Source: Burkholderiales bacterium
GTDB lineage: Bacteria; Pseudomonadota; Gammaproteobacteria; Burkholderiales; Nitrosomonadaceae
Direction of reading: 5' to 3'
Assembly (NCBI GenBank): GCA_024235795.1
Contig: JACKLR010000002.1
Span: 887,225 to 951,224, forward strand
Length of the DNA stretch: 64,000 bases
Shown here: one piece after another, positions 1 through 11,402 of the stretch
Numbering within the stretch: position 1 is the first letter of the stretch
How the letters are laid out: every line of letters begins with the position of its first letter
Position numbers and translations under genes: made by a program
Notes under the pieces: model-generated
What the model was told of the DNA's origin: nothing
The model's input: the letters and a program-made list of their open reading frames with translations, nothing else
The model's database searches: none

Positions 1-1047
1 TTGCGTACCTGGCTGATTGCGAGGCTGCCGGGATCTATTCTCGTCGATATTACTTACATACTATCGCCACAGGCAGCCCTGATGATCGAACAGCTGTTGT
101 TTAACGCTGAAATGCTTTTTCAATATACGCCAAAAAAACATGCCGTGACAGTTACTGCGTGGAAACAGCATCTATGGGAAAACAGTTTCAGCTATCTCGT
201 GGATTTGCCGGCCGCAGATGCATCCGTAGACCGCCTCAATCCATCGACATTTATTCACGCGCTGATCAATAAGATTTCCGGGGATAAAAACGATTTTACT
301 GCGATACAATCCTGGCATAACGTGCTGATACAGATGCAAGGTATCGAATATGGGCATGACCACGGCACACGCATTCTCCGGCATATTGTTGAAACATTAT
401 TACGGCAACAGATACCGGATCCGCATCGACGCGCCGGACAGTCATTCCGTCCGCAACCATTGATGCTGAAAACTGACAAATCAACCCCAGTCGAATTCAT
501 AACGCCGCATCAAACTGATTTGCAGGATTATAACGACAGGGATGGCGATGAGTTTTATATTCACAATGCGGGCCAGGTACTCGCCGCACCCTATCTGCCG
601 CGTCTTTTCAGCTTTTTGGGATTGATTAACAAGGGCGTTTTTAACGACCGGTCAGCGGCCGAACGCGCGGTGCATCTATTACAGTTCATGGTGAATGAAG
701 AAACGCAGTCTCCCGAATATCAGTTGTTGCTGAACAAGCTATTGTGCGGTTTATCGACCGCCATTCCGATCAGTAACGGGGTAGAAATCAGTCAGCATGA
801 ACAAGAAACGATAGAGAACCTGATTCAAGGCATGATTCAAAACTGGAAAACAATCGGTAACACTTCAATCCAAGGGTTGCGGGAAACGTTTTTGCAGCGT
901 AACGGGTGTTTAACGTTGCGGGATGAAATGTGGTTTCTGACGATCGAACCCGGCCCGTTTGATATGTTGCTCGATCAGTTGCCCTGGAGTTTTTCGGTCA
1001 TTAAACATAGCTGGATGGAGCGTGCAATTCATGTTACCTGGCGTTAA
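1..1047 (+). CDS. Contractile injection system tape-measure-like protein, C-terminal part (5' partial, begins before window)
   Basis: C-terminal motifs HNAGQVLAAPYLPRLF, LRETFLQRNGCL and DMLLDQLPWSFSVIKHSWM match the eCIS tape-measure family. Lies directly upstream of an Afp15-like ATPase. Confidence 0.8.
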   Translation: MRTWLIARLPGSILVDITYILSPQAALMIEQLLFNAEMLFQYTPKKHAVTVTAWKQHLWENSFSYLVDLPAADASVDRLNPSTFIHALINKISGDKNDFTAIQSWHNVLIQMQGIEYGHDHGTRILRHIVETLLRQQIPDPHRRAGQSFRPQPLMLKTDKSTPVEFITPHQTDLQDYNDRDGDEFYIHNAGQVLAAPYLPRLFSFLGLINKGVFNDRSAAERAVHLLQFMVNEETQSPEYQLLLNKLLCGLSTAIPISNGVEISQHEQETIENLIQGMIQNWKTIGNTSIQGLRETFLQRNGCLTLRDEMWFLTIEPGPFDMLLDQLPWSFSVIKHSWMERAIHVTWR

Positions 1048-2413
1048 AAACAATCCTGCCTTAACGATATTTGAAGAAAGCCTCAATGCCATAGCGCTGG
1101 AAAAAGAAATTGCCTGGTTTAAAGCGGTTCTGACAGCGCGGTTTGATCTGTATTTTGAGCGGGACGCCGCTGTGAAAGAAATTCACGCCATACAGCCGCC
1201 TGATTTATCCGAAGATACGTCAGAGTTTGCGCAAATTATCCGGCAATTCGACATGGGCTTTGACGAACGCCTGATTGCCATCCTCGCTTTATTGCCACAT
1301 TTGCAACCACAGGTACTGGATTTGTTTTTATTCAACAACAAGGATCTCGCGCGTGGCTTTACAGAATTCGGAGGATGGCGGGGAAAGGATCACAGTGGCT
1401 TTTTGCCGACCTGTGAAACAGCAGTTTTCATACTTGCAGGCAATGACCTGACCAGGCGGTTTCAGGTTCTGCAGTTGTTTCAGACAGACCATTATCTGTC
1501 AAAGCTGGGGATTATCAAAATCACGCATGCGACAAATGGCGAGCCCTTTTTAAGTGCAAAACTGACGATCACTGCTGAATATCTCGGGCGGATGACGAGC
1601 GGCAAAAGCCAGAAGCCTGATTATGACATTCATTTCCCGGCAAAGCATATTACCACCTCACTGACCTGGCAGGAACTGGTGCTGAGCGCTGAAGTCATGG
1701 ATGAAATCGAAAATATCAACGCCTGGTTGCAGCATTCGGAGAAAATTCTGCAACACTGGGAAATGGGCCGGAATATTAAACCCGGTTACCGTGCGTTGTT
1801 TTATGGCCCGCCGGGAACCGGAAAAACACTGACGGCAACATTAATCGGTTCCGCTGCGGATATCGATGTGTATCGGATTGATTTATCCATGGTGGTTTCC
1901 AAATATATCGGCGAAACAGAGAAAAATCTGGCCAACGTATTCGATCAGGCTGCCAACAAGAACTGGATATTATTTTTTGATGAGGCGGATGCGTTGTTTG
2001 GTAAACGCACTCAGACCAGTAATTCCAATGACCGTTATGCCAATCAGGAAATTTCCTATCTGCTGCAGCGTATTGAAGACTACCCGGGCGTTGTTATCCT
2101 CGCGACCAATCTAAAAGCGAATATTGACGAGGCATTTTCCCGTCGCTTTCAGACTTCAATTTATTTTGCATTACCGGATGCCGAACAACGCCTGCGATTA
2201 TGGCAGGGCATGTTTACGGACAGCAAACGCCTATCACCAAATGTGGATTTGAGCATTCTGGCCGAAAAATACGCAATATCCGGCGGCGCGATAACCAATG
2301 CCGTGCGCTATGCCGCAATACAGGCGGTTCGAATGAATCGGGAAACCCTTACTCAGGACAATCTTATCAAAGGGGTTACAAAAGAACTGTTGAAAGAGGG
2401 ACGGACACAATGA
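1031..2413 (+). CDS. eCIS AAA+ ATPase (Afp15/Pvc15-like)
   Basis: Walker A GPPGTGKT, Walker B ILFFDE, DLSMVVSKYIGETEKNL, SRRF arginine-finger region. In-frame ATG at 1031 overlapping the upstream stop is preferred over the track start at 959. Confidence 0.88.
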   Translation: MLPGVKNNPALTIFEESLNAIALEKEIAWFKAVLTARFDLYFERDAAVKEIHAIQPPDLSEDTSEFAQIIRQFDMGFDERLIAILALLPHLQPQVLDLFLFNNKDLARGFTEFGGWRGKDHSGFLPTCETAVFILAGNDLTRRFQVLQLFQTDHYLSKLGIIKITHATNGEPFLSAKLTITAEYLGRMTSGKSQKPDYDIHFPAKHITTSLTWQELVLSAEVMDEIENINAWLQHSEKILQHWEMGRNIKPGYRALFYGPPGTGKTLTATLIGSAADIDVYRIDLSMVVSKYIGETEKNLANVFDQAANKNWILFFDEADALFGKRTQTSNSNDRYANQEISYLLQRIEDYPGVVILATNLKANIDEAFSRRFQTSIYFALPDAEQRLRLWQGMFTDSKRLSPNVDLSILAEKYAISGGAITNAVRYAAIQAVRMNRETLTQDNLIKGVTKELLKEGRTQ

Positions 2414-5040
2414 AAATACGCTTAATAATAGTCGTGCGCCTCTGGTTTATTTTGATAACAGGTTGCGGTTTTTCCCTGCTGCATGCAAATGAGAACCTGC
2501 ATTACGAATTGGATTATGACCAGCACTTTGACCGGCTGCTCGAGCGGTCTAAATTCACCCGCTTGGATAAGACCGTTGTACAAAGAATACAGCAGAACCT
2601 TGCCGCGATCTACCAGGACGATTTCAGTTGGAAAAGAGATGTTCAATTGAGTCAGCAACCGCTTACTGACGGCGTCATCGGCCCGGTCACCTTATTCTGG
2701 CTGCAACGTTTTGCCTATGATTTCAAAATTGAACCGATAGGCGACTATGTCAACAGCCTAATTAACAGGGTGGAAAAGATAGCCGAATTTTCCGATATGT
2801 TTCCCGAGGAAACATCCGTGCTGCTGTTGCCTGATTTTGCCGGCTGGAATGACGGACTGCCCAGTATTCAGAGAGATCTGGATTATGAGATAAGGCGTTC
2901 GGGGTCTCATCAGGCACTCCTCGATCTGGTGTACCGGTACAGGGCGCTGACTGAGTCATTTCAGATCGGCGCCACCCTCGATTATTCCGTGTCGCCGCTG
3001 TATTATTACCAATTGACATCAGAAGATTTCCAGTTGCTGCAAAGCAAGGAAAAAATCATCGCGGAATTGCTCAAACTGGAAAACAAACCGTTCGAGAATT
3101 TTTCACTGCTTGTAGAAGCGGTGTCAGAGATTCTGCAGGCCTACCCCGATTTAATGAAAAGATTGTCACCCGCAATCAAAAAATTCTACCATCACCAACC
3201 GTTAATTATTACGCAGGAATTTATCACATTTCTTAACCAGACGATGAGGGGCGACCCGTTTATGGCTTCGTTAAACGCTGTAATTGCCGGACTGCTGGAA
3301 AAAGAACTGGCCGGAATAGCTTACCCGGCCCAGGATCTTTTTGATAAAGCCGCACAGGCTATAATTCATTCCGCTTTAGGGACCTGCAATACGCTGATAT
3401 TGCATAACCAATACACGCTGGGGCTCAGATTCGGCGATGAAGATTTTTTAAGCCTTGAAACCGATCTGTTGAATAATCAGGAATACTACGGTATGCCCGA
3501 CATTCGTAAACATCTGAAATTAATCAATGCATTGCGTCAACGCTCTGGCGCATGTAACGAAACGGAACAGCATGATGTCAACGCGTTTGTCAGCCAATTG
3601 TACGCGAACGTTGTCCAGCCGAGCATCGCGCTGCTGTATAGAAAAAGACAGGTATTCGATGCAAACGCAACCATTGAATGGGATGGTAACGGCTGCGGAT
3701 GTGTACTGGACAAGCTGTCAGGCACTGTTTACGGTTTTTATCCCTACTGGCAGGCGAACAATGAAAAGCAAACCGTTAATTTCAGCGTCCTGTCCAGAGT
3801 GGCCTACTATGGATTATCTTTTGAAGCGGGCGGTGCCATCATTCACACCAACGATGATAACAATAATTTCGATCTGAAGCGTTTTCTGAAAAAAAATTCT
3901 TTCGTACAGACAGTGCGCAAACACAACAGCAAGGTGGACTGGGTCATTCACAAAGACCGGTCCTACTGGGAGAAAACATGGAAATTGCTCGATTCAAACC
4001 AGAAAGCCAATATTTTTTCCACACTGGCAGACGAGCTGTTTCAACTATTGACAGAACCGCTCAGTGATAATTTTGCGGAATGGTCGTTTGGATTGCTGCC
4101 GGCGGCAACACAGGGCGATGGCATTACCCTCGATTTCCGGGGGTTTCCGAAGGACGCGATATCGGTTGATCTGCTGAACAATTTCTATGATGACCTGACA
4201 AAAAGACTGAATGCTGCGGGGGGTGATTATTTTGTAAACATCATGGTTGTGCAATCGGAACTGGGTGAGGGATTTTACCAGTATTTTAATCTGATTGAGC
4301 GAATCTCGGGCATTCAGCCGAATGACGCAGCGACTTCTTTTCAGCAAATCGACATCCGTGACGATCTCAAAGCCAAGATTCTGGTTTTGATCGAGGAACC
4401 TACCACCAGCGCGAAAAAAGAATTGCGTCTGAATATCGAAAATGGTGGGTTATACGGTATTTTACGGGGGCTGTTGCTGCGTAATATTGTGCCGGTGATC
4501 GAATTCGATGGCCGCAACTGGGAGCAGCTTGAAGACGATATTGTGTATTTCAAGGACAATTTTGGTGGCGTGGGATTTTGGGCCATGCCGATGAATGAAC
4601 CCGCCATGCCAGCTGAAATGTCCGAGCGTTGTGAAGAATTAAAGGCTATTGGCGGTTGCCTGGTCAGGCATTTTCAACTCGCCGAGAGAGATGGTCAGCC
4701 GGATTCATTGCTTGACAGGTTTGTTTGCGAAAACCGCCAAATTTTTTGGCTTGCTCTGGCTGTGCTGACTGTGTTGTCACTTGTTCTGTTGATCAGCTAT
4801 CGGTGCTCTTGCCGGTTTCAGGGCAAACATAAAAACGTAATTATCATCAGTATCTTTGCGTCCATTATTCCGGCACTGATTGTGGCGTTATTGCTCCTGC
4901 TGTTCGATCCCATGCTCGAAACACTCGCTGAAGGCAATATACCGTTAATCGGAGTGGTTTCTGTTGGTGTCCTGGGCAGCATCGCTTTCTATCGAAAACA
5001 GCAACGGATGTCGAAAAAACCAACCAGGCCCAAGTCCTGA
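2410..5040 (+). CDS. Exported, membrane-anchored protein: PG-binding-like motif + GH18-like TIM barrel (catalytic Glu absent) + 3 C-terminal TM helices
   Basis: ATG at 2410 overlaps the ATPase stop (ATGA). Signal-like N-terminus MKIRLIIVVRLWFILITGCGFSLLHA. LTDGVIGPVTLFWLQRF resembles the PG_binding_1 motif. VYGFYPYW, NFSVLSRVAYYGL, DGITLDFR and FGGVGFW are GH18-like. Three hydrophobic segments precede a basic tail. Confidence 0.65.
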   Translation: MKIRLIIVVRLWFILITGCGFSLLHANENLHYELDYDQHFDRLLERSKFTRLDKTVVQRIQQNLAAIYQDDFSWKRDVQLSQQPLTDGVIGPVTLFWLQRFAYDFKIEPIGDYVNSLINRVEKIAEFSDMFPEETSVLLLPDFAGWNDGLPSIQRDLDYEIRRSGSHQALLDLVYRYRALTESFQIGATLDYSVSPLYYYQLTSEDFQLLQSKEKIIAELLKLENKPFENFSLLVEAVSEILQAYPDLMKRLSPAIKKFYHHQPLIITQEFITFLNQTMRGDPFMASLNAVIAGLLEKELAGIAYPAQDLFDKAAQAIIHSALGTCNTLILHNQYTLGLRFGDEDFLSLETDLLNNQEYYGMPDIRKHLKLINALRQRSGACNETEQHDVNAFVSQLYANVVQPSIALLYRKRQVFDANATIEWDGNGCGCVLDKLSGTVYGFYPYWQANNEKQTVNFSVLSRVAYYGLSFEAGGAIIHTNDDNNNFDLKRFLKKNSFVQTVRKHNSKVDWVIHKDRSYWEKTWKLLDSNQKANIFSTLADELFQLLTEPLSDNFAEWSFGLLPAATQGDGITLDFRGFPKDAISVDLLNNFYDDLTKRLNAAGGDYFVNIMVVQSELGEGFYQYFNLIERISGIQPNDAATSFQQIDIRDDLKAKILVLIEEPTTSAKKELRLNIENGGLYGILRGLLLRNIVPVIEFDGRNWEQLEDDIVYFKDNFGGVGFWAMPMNEPAMPAEMSERCEELKAIGGCLVRHFQLAERDGQPDSLLDRFVCENRQIFWLALAVLTVLSLVLLISYRCSCRFQGKHKNVIIISIFASIIPALIVALLLLLFDPMLETLAEGNIPLIGVVSVGVLGSIAFYRKQQRMSKKPTRPKS

Positions 5041-5102
5041 TATGTCGCTGCAAACCAAGTATCAGCGCTCACGATTCGATTTAATTCAATGAAGCCGTAG
5101 CT

Positions 5103-5711
5103 ATGGATTTAATCGAAAAAGCTACCGTGATGCATTATCATCGCCACCGGATCGGCCAGTATTCGCTGGGGACCGCCGAGTCACTTGGCTGGCGCAATGC
5201 GAACAGTCAGCGGATGCGCTATGAAGTACTGGTCATGGCCGGCGACTTGAACGGGGCGAGTGTACTGGATATTGGCAGCGGTTATGGCGATTTGAAGGCA
5301 TTCCTCGATCAGCGTTTCACCGATTTCGATTATATCGGCGTTGACCAGCAGCCTGAATTTATCGATGAGGCCAGAGCGCGTTATCACGGCTTTCCGCGAA
5401 CGCGGTTTTATCAATCCGATTTCATCACCGCTTCGCTGCCGCAGGTGGACTATGTATTCGCTAGCGGCGCACTGGGATACCGCTGCGACAATGAAAACTA
5501 TTATACCGATATGATTCTCAAGTTATACGGTTGTGCTGCAAAAGTGTTCTCCTTCAACATGTTAGACAAACAACATTTTCCGGCGCACGATCTGCTGGTG
5601 GGCCACGACCGTGAAGCTGTTTTGGCCTTTAGCCGTACACTCGCTCCACGGGTGGTATGGTTTGATGATTATTTACCGGATGATTTTACTGTATTGTTGC
5701 ACCGTGACTGA
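5103..5711 (+). CDS. Class I SAM-dependent methyltransferase
   Basis: SAM-binding motif VLDIGSGYGD, YIGVD, and DYVFASG post-II motif. Confidence 0.85.
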   Translation: MDLIEKATVMHYHRHRIGQYSLGTAESLGWRNANSQRMRYEVLVMAGDLNGASVLDIGSGYGDLKAFLDQRFTDFDYIGVDQQPEFIDEARARYHGFPRTRFYQSDFITASLPQVDYVFASGALGYRCDNENYYTDMILKLYGCAAKVFSFNMLDKQHFPAHDLLVGHDREAVLAFSRTLAPRVVWFDDYLPDDFTVLLHRD

Positions 5712-5741
5712 TCGACTGCATGATGATAACCGGAGGATTGA

Positions 5742-7025
5742 ATGAAGCAAACGTTTTCCCAAAACACTGAACGCCAGCAAAGCTACCGCACACCATCTCG
5801 ATCGGAACAAGCATCTGCTGTACGTGTTTCAATCGCGGATCACCGGGCGTCGGCCACGCAGCTACGCCAATTGATGGCGGCGATAGAACATTCACCGCAG
5901 GCCATCGCGCAGCGCAACCGCAACGATCAATTTCGCAGCAGTCCGCGCATGATTGCGCAACGGCAACATATAACGGCGATTATGGGAGGTACACTGCAAA
6001 AGATTACGGGTGAGGAAGAACTGATCCAAGGCAAATGCGATATGTCACAACACGAAAAAGCACTTGCAAAGAAAACCAACAACACTGGCTTGTCGGTCAA
6101 TTTAAAACATGGCATTGAAAATCTTTCGGGATTGTCAATGGATCATGTCGAGGAACATTACAACTCATCAAAACCTGAACAACAGGCGTGGCGTGAAGCG
6201 AGTGGCTCTATCCAGTCTGACCTAATTGGTTTTCAGAAGGTGTCTGGAGAAGAGATGTTGCAGGGGAAATTTGATGCTCAGCCAGAAACAGCGCAACTTA
6301 ATGCATTGGTTCATGTGCCGGAAGCCGCTATTCATGTGGCACAACTCAAAAGCAATGTCAGCAACAATAACATGACAGTAGTGCAGATGGGTCACTACAA
6401 AGGTGGGCGCTACGTTACCGATCAAGAAATCAATTACCACGATATGTACGATAAGTTCATACATACATGGTCTTTTTCTGAAAATGCAGCAGATGGGTCG
6501 TATGTCGATCCGACCACAAAACGAAAGAAAGTAACTGCTCCGGTCTGGAAAAATTTATTTGATCAACTTGATCAACTTGTTACTCAGGCCTGTACTGGTG
6601 GCATGATGCTGACAAAAAATTTTCACCATTTCGATTCGGGTACGCCGGTAGCATTGAAGTTCGCGGAAGTGGAAAAAGCAGGTGTAAACGGCACGGGAGG
6701 ATTGTTACCTGTTGGCATGCATGGACCCGGTAATATTCCGATGGTTGACCATCCCGATGAAGTCGCAGTTACAAACTTCATCGGACGAGCGCAGAACGCC
6801 TACAACGGATGGCTGGTCAATCCAATCCTCGCTACACGGGGACCGCAAGACACAACAAGATTAAGTGTAGGGCAAATTGAAATTCTTTCGCATCGGCAGT
6901 TACCGCCAGGATGGACATTTCATATTAGTATTTCGGGTGCATGGGCTTTGCACCATGCCGGTCCGCCGAATGCACAGATAGATGGGAAAACCGGGAAACC
7001 GGCGACTTTTATCTATCATACCTAG
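5742..7025 (+). CDS. eCIS cargo-like protein with shared leader, degenerate DUF4157 and unknown C-terminal domain
   Basis: GGAGG RBS. Leader contains SPQAIAQR/SPRMIAQR. NNTGLSVNLKHGIENLSGLSMDHV..HYNS is the DUF4157 N-half, but the HEAWH motif is missing. Confidence 0.7.
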   Translation: MKQTFSQNTERQQSYRTPSRSEQASAVRVSIADHRASATQLRQLMAAIEHSPQAIAQRNRNDQFRSSPRMIAQRQHITAIMGGTLQKITGEEELIQGKCDMSQHEKALAKKTNNTGLSVNLKHGIENLSGLSMDHVEEHYNSSKPEQQAWREASGSIQSDLIGFQKVSGEEMLQGKFDAQPETAQLNALVHVPEAAIHVAQLKSNVSNNNMTVVQMGHYKGGRYVTDQEINYHDMYDKFIHTWSFSENAADGSYVDPTTKRKKVTAPVWKNLFDQLDQLVTQACTGGMMLTKNFHHFDSGTPVALKFAEVEKAGVNGTGGLLPVGMHGPGNIPMVDHPDEVAVTNFIGRAQNAYNGWLVNPILATRGPQDTTRLSVGQIEILSHRQLPPGWTFHISISGAWALHHAGPPNAQIDGKTGKPATFIYHT

Positions 7026-7046
7026 GTAATGGACCGCTACCCGAAA

Positions 7047-9389
7047 CTAGCGTTCCATTAACTTTGTCTTAATCTCTGCTCGAGCATCCATAAGGGGTAC
7101 TGTTGATTGCAACTTACGTTTATGATTCAGTAATTTTGCAATTGAAACGGAACTGACAGGTTTGCCAAATAGATATCCTTGCGCTGTTTCACAACCAAGC
7201 TTCTTGAGAAGAAAAAGTTGTTCTGGAGTCTCGACACCTTCTGCGATAATGCCATACCCCAGCTTGTGTCCCATTGCAATCATAGAACTAACAAGGATAA
7301 GCGCTTTCTTATCGACAAGCATGTCATCAACAAAGTATTTATCGATTTTCAGACAATCTACATTAAGATGTTTAAGCGAAGCAAAAGATGAATAGCCTGT
7401 TCCGAAATCATCAATCGCCAGTAAAACTCCCAGGTCTTTCAAGTTTTGTAAAATTGTGAGATTCCGTGGGTCTGTCTGCACGACGCTTTCAGTAACCTCT
7501 AATTCCAGTTCGGTCGAAACTATCCCTGTCTCAACAATAATACGTTTAATCAGTGATACTATTTCCTTATCGAGAAAATGACTTGGTGAGATATTGACGG
7601 CCATACGCAACCCAGTAAAACCTTCTTCCTTCCAGGCAACTAGCTGACGGCAAGCTGTCTTCAACAACCATTCAGTGAGCGGTTTGATCATGCCAATTCT
7701 TTCGGCTGTGGCGATAAAATCACTTGGTGGGATTTGACCGAGCTGTGGATGGTGCCAGCGTGACAATGCCTCAACGCCAATGATTTCACCAGTATTTATA
7801 TTAATTTGAGGTTGATAAACGAGAGACAATTCTTGCATTTCGATTGCATCTCTGAGGTTTTGCTCGACTTGGAAACGATATTCCGCCTTTTGGGTAAGTT
7901 CCGGTTTATAAAAAGCATACTGATTTTTTCCATTTTCCTTTGCCTCATAAAGTGAAGTGTCTGCAGCCTTTAACAATGCGGAAACATCTTCTCCATCGTC
8001 AGGGTAGTGTGCGACACCTATACTGCATGCCGGCGTGAGTTTCCTGGAAGAAAGCTCAATGGGTTGAGATATGGCTTCAAGACAACGCTGCGCAACATTG
8101 GCAGCATAGTCTTCTTCAATTTCCTCAACAAGAATACAAAACTCATCGCCACTTAAACGAGCAACAAAATCAAATTCACGGCAAGTATTTTCCAGTCGTT
8201 TTGCAATAGTTTTAAGCAGCATGTCACCTGCATCATGTCCAAGGCTATCATTGACATGCTTGAAGTCATCCAAATCAATATATAGCAACCCAAAACGACG
8301 GTTACGCCGTCCAAATGTTTTGGTGAGTTCTTCAATATGTTGATAAAAAGCGACACGACTGGAAAGCCCTGTTAATTCATCGGTATAGGCTAACGTTCGA
8401 ATACGTTTTTGAGCCTGATCCCGTTCCATGACAATTCCGGCAAGTCTGGCTGCAGATTTGAGGTCATTGGATTCTTCTTCATTAGGAAGTGCAGGATGAT
8501 TGTAATACATACCAAACGCACCTAAAACTTCGCCTCGGGAACTTTTAATCGGTTCAGACCAACAACTACGCATGCCATGAGGAAGTGCTACATGTTTGAT
8601 TTTTGACCACTTAGGATCTGTTTCAATATTCTCTACAAGAACGCGTCGCCCGGTATAAGTAGATGTTCCGCATGAACCAACATCAGGTCCGTTTTTCAGC
8701 CCGTGTACCGCTTCACAATATTCCCTTGGCAAACTCGGTGCTCCACCGTGGAGAAGTTTATTGCCATGTAGTTCGAGCATTGAACATCGCAGACCTGGGT
8801 GACGGCCTTCATACAATAATGCAATTGCATCATAGATGTCTGATGCAGGGCGTCCTATTGCAATCATCTCCAAGATTTCGGCGCTTTTTTCATCAAATGT
8901 TTCTGTTTTTTTACGGTCTGTTATATCGACATGTGTTCCAACTAGGCGAACGGGTTTACCATCAAGCTCGCGTGTAACAAGAAATGCGCGGGAAAGCACA
9001 AAAATTTCACGACCATTCTTATGACGCATACGCATTTCAACTTCAAATGAGCCTGATCGCCCTGCAATGTAGTCTTGTACCTTTTCTAGCACTCTATCCT
9101 TGTCATCGGGATGAACCAGGCTTGTCCAAGTATTTAAATTATTTTTAAGCTCATTTTCCTTATAACCCAGCATGCTTTTCCAGCGAAGTGAGTAATACAC
9201 TTCATCAGTTTCAAGATTCCAGTCCCAAAGTCCATCGTTAGCTCCGCGCATCGCTAAAGAAAACCGTTCTTCACTTTTAAATAGTTCAGTTGTACGCTTT
9301 TCTGTCATGAGCTTGACTGCAGTCAACTCTGTACGTAATTGTCGATTTTCCTCGAGCAACATCGACTTGGTTTGGCTAGTGCTTTTCAT
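7047..9389 (-). CDS. PAS-GAF-GGDEF-EAL diguanylate cyclase/phosphodiesterase
   Basis: PAS (DGLWDWNL..VHPDD), GAF, RLSGDEF, VEALSRW and DDFGTGYSS. Confidence 0.92.
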   Translation of the reverse strand: MKSTSQTKSMLLEENRQLRTELTAVKLMTEKRTTELFKSEERFSLAMRGANDGLWDWNLETDEVYYSLRWKSMLGYKENELKNNLNTWTSLVHPDDKDRVLEKVQDYIAGRSGSFEVEMRMRHKNGREIFVLSRAFLVTRELDGKPVRLVGTHVDITDRKKTETFDEKSAEILEMIAIGRPASDIYDAIALLYEGRHPGLRCSMLELHGNKLLHGGAPSLPREYCEAVHGLKNGPDVGSCGTSTYTGRRVLVENIETDPKWSKIKHVALPHGMRSCWSEPIKSSRGEVLGAFGMYYNHPALPNEEESNDLKSAARLAGIVMERDQAQKRIRTLAYTDELTGLSSRVAFYQHIEELTKTFGRRNRRFGLLYIDLDDFKHVNDSLGHDAGDMLLKTIAKRLENTCREFDFVARLSGDEFCILVEEIEEDYAANVAQRCLEAISQPIELSSRKLTPACSIGVAHYPDDGEDVSALLKAADTSLYEAKENGKNQYAFYKPELTQKAEYRFQVEQNLRDAIEMQELSLVYQPQININTGEIIGVEALSRWHHPQLGQIPPSDFIATAERIGMIKPLTEWLLKTACRQLVAWKEEGFTGLRMAVNISPSHFLDKEIVSLIKRIIVETGIVSTELELEVTESVVQTDPRNLTILQNLKDLGVLLAIDDFGTGYSSFASLKHLNVDCLKIDKYFVDDMLVDKKALILVSSMIAMGHKLGYGIIAEGVETPEQLFLLKKLGCETAQGYLFGKPVSSVSIAKLLNHKRKLQSTVPLMDARAEIKTKLMER

Positions 9390-9600
9390 GCTTACTTTAT
9401 AAATATGCCACTTTGCTAAAATAGTGGTAAAAATTTGAATTAATAGTTAAGTTTAGAAAAATTATTGTAGCTAACGGAGAATCAGTTGCATTTAAGCTTT
9501 TTATAGCTGTATATTATCGGCATAATTTTAATTTTCTTGCATACCATTATTGGCATCTAAATAGCCATAAATTCCTGCTAATTTAAACGATTAAGTACAA

Positions 9601-9670
9601 ATATTGTGAATTCGGTCAGTAATTTGATACATTCATAAAAAATGTTACCAGTCATAATTCGGAGGGCGGC
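9601..9670 (+). promoter_or_regulatory. Conserved upstream element of cargo gene (copy 1)
   Basis: ATATTGT..ATTCGGTCAGTA.TTTGATACATTCATAAAAAATGTTA.CAGT...AAT.CGGAGGGCGG recurs at ~13502-13572. Confidence 0.6.
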
Positions 9671-11179
<1,509 letters not shown>

Positions 11180-11402
11180 AAACCGGATTAGATAAAAAAT
11201 TGAGTGGTTCATATTTTTGAGCTACGTTATCGCCAGACTGTCATTATCAGATTTAACGTGCAAACGTACCAAACAGGGAAGCGAAGGATCTCATGGCGTG
11301 ATTGGTAGCTAAATTTAGCGGATAGCTAAAAAAGTAGAGAAGTGAAAGATTTTGCTTTGCAAGAACGGAGGCCTTTTTCTATTAAAAATAAGAGGATTAT
11401 TC

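Noticed and set aside
2200-2409. Track N-terminal extension of the 946-aa ORF
   Set aside because: It overlaps the ATPase by 210 nt; the ATGA-coupled start at 2410 gives a proper signal peptide.
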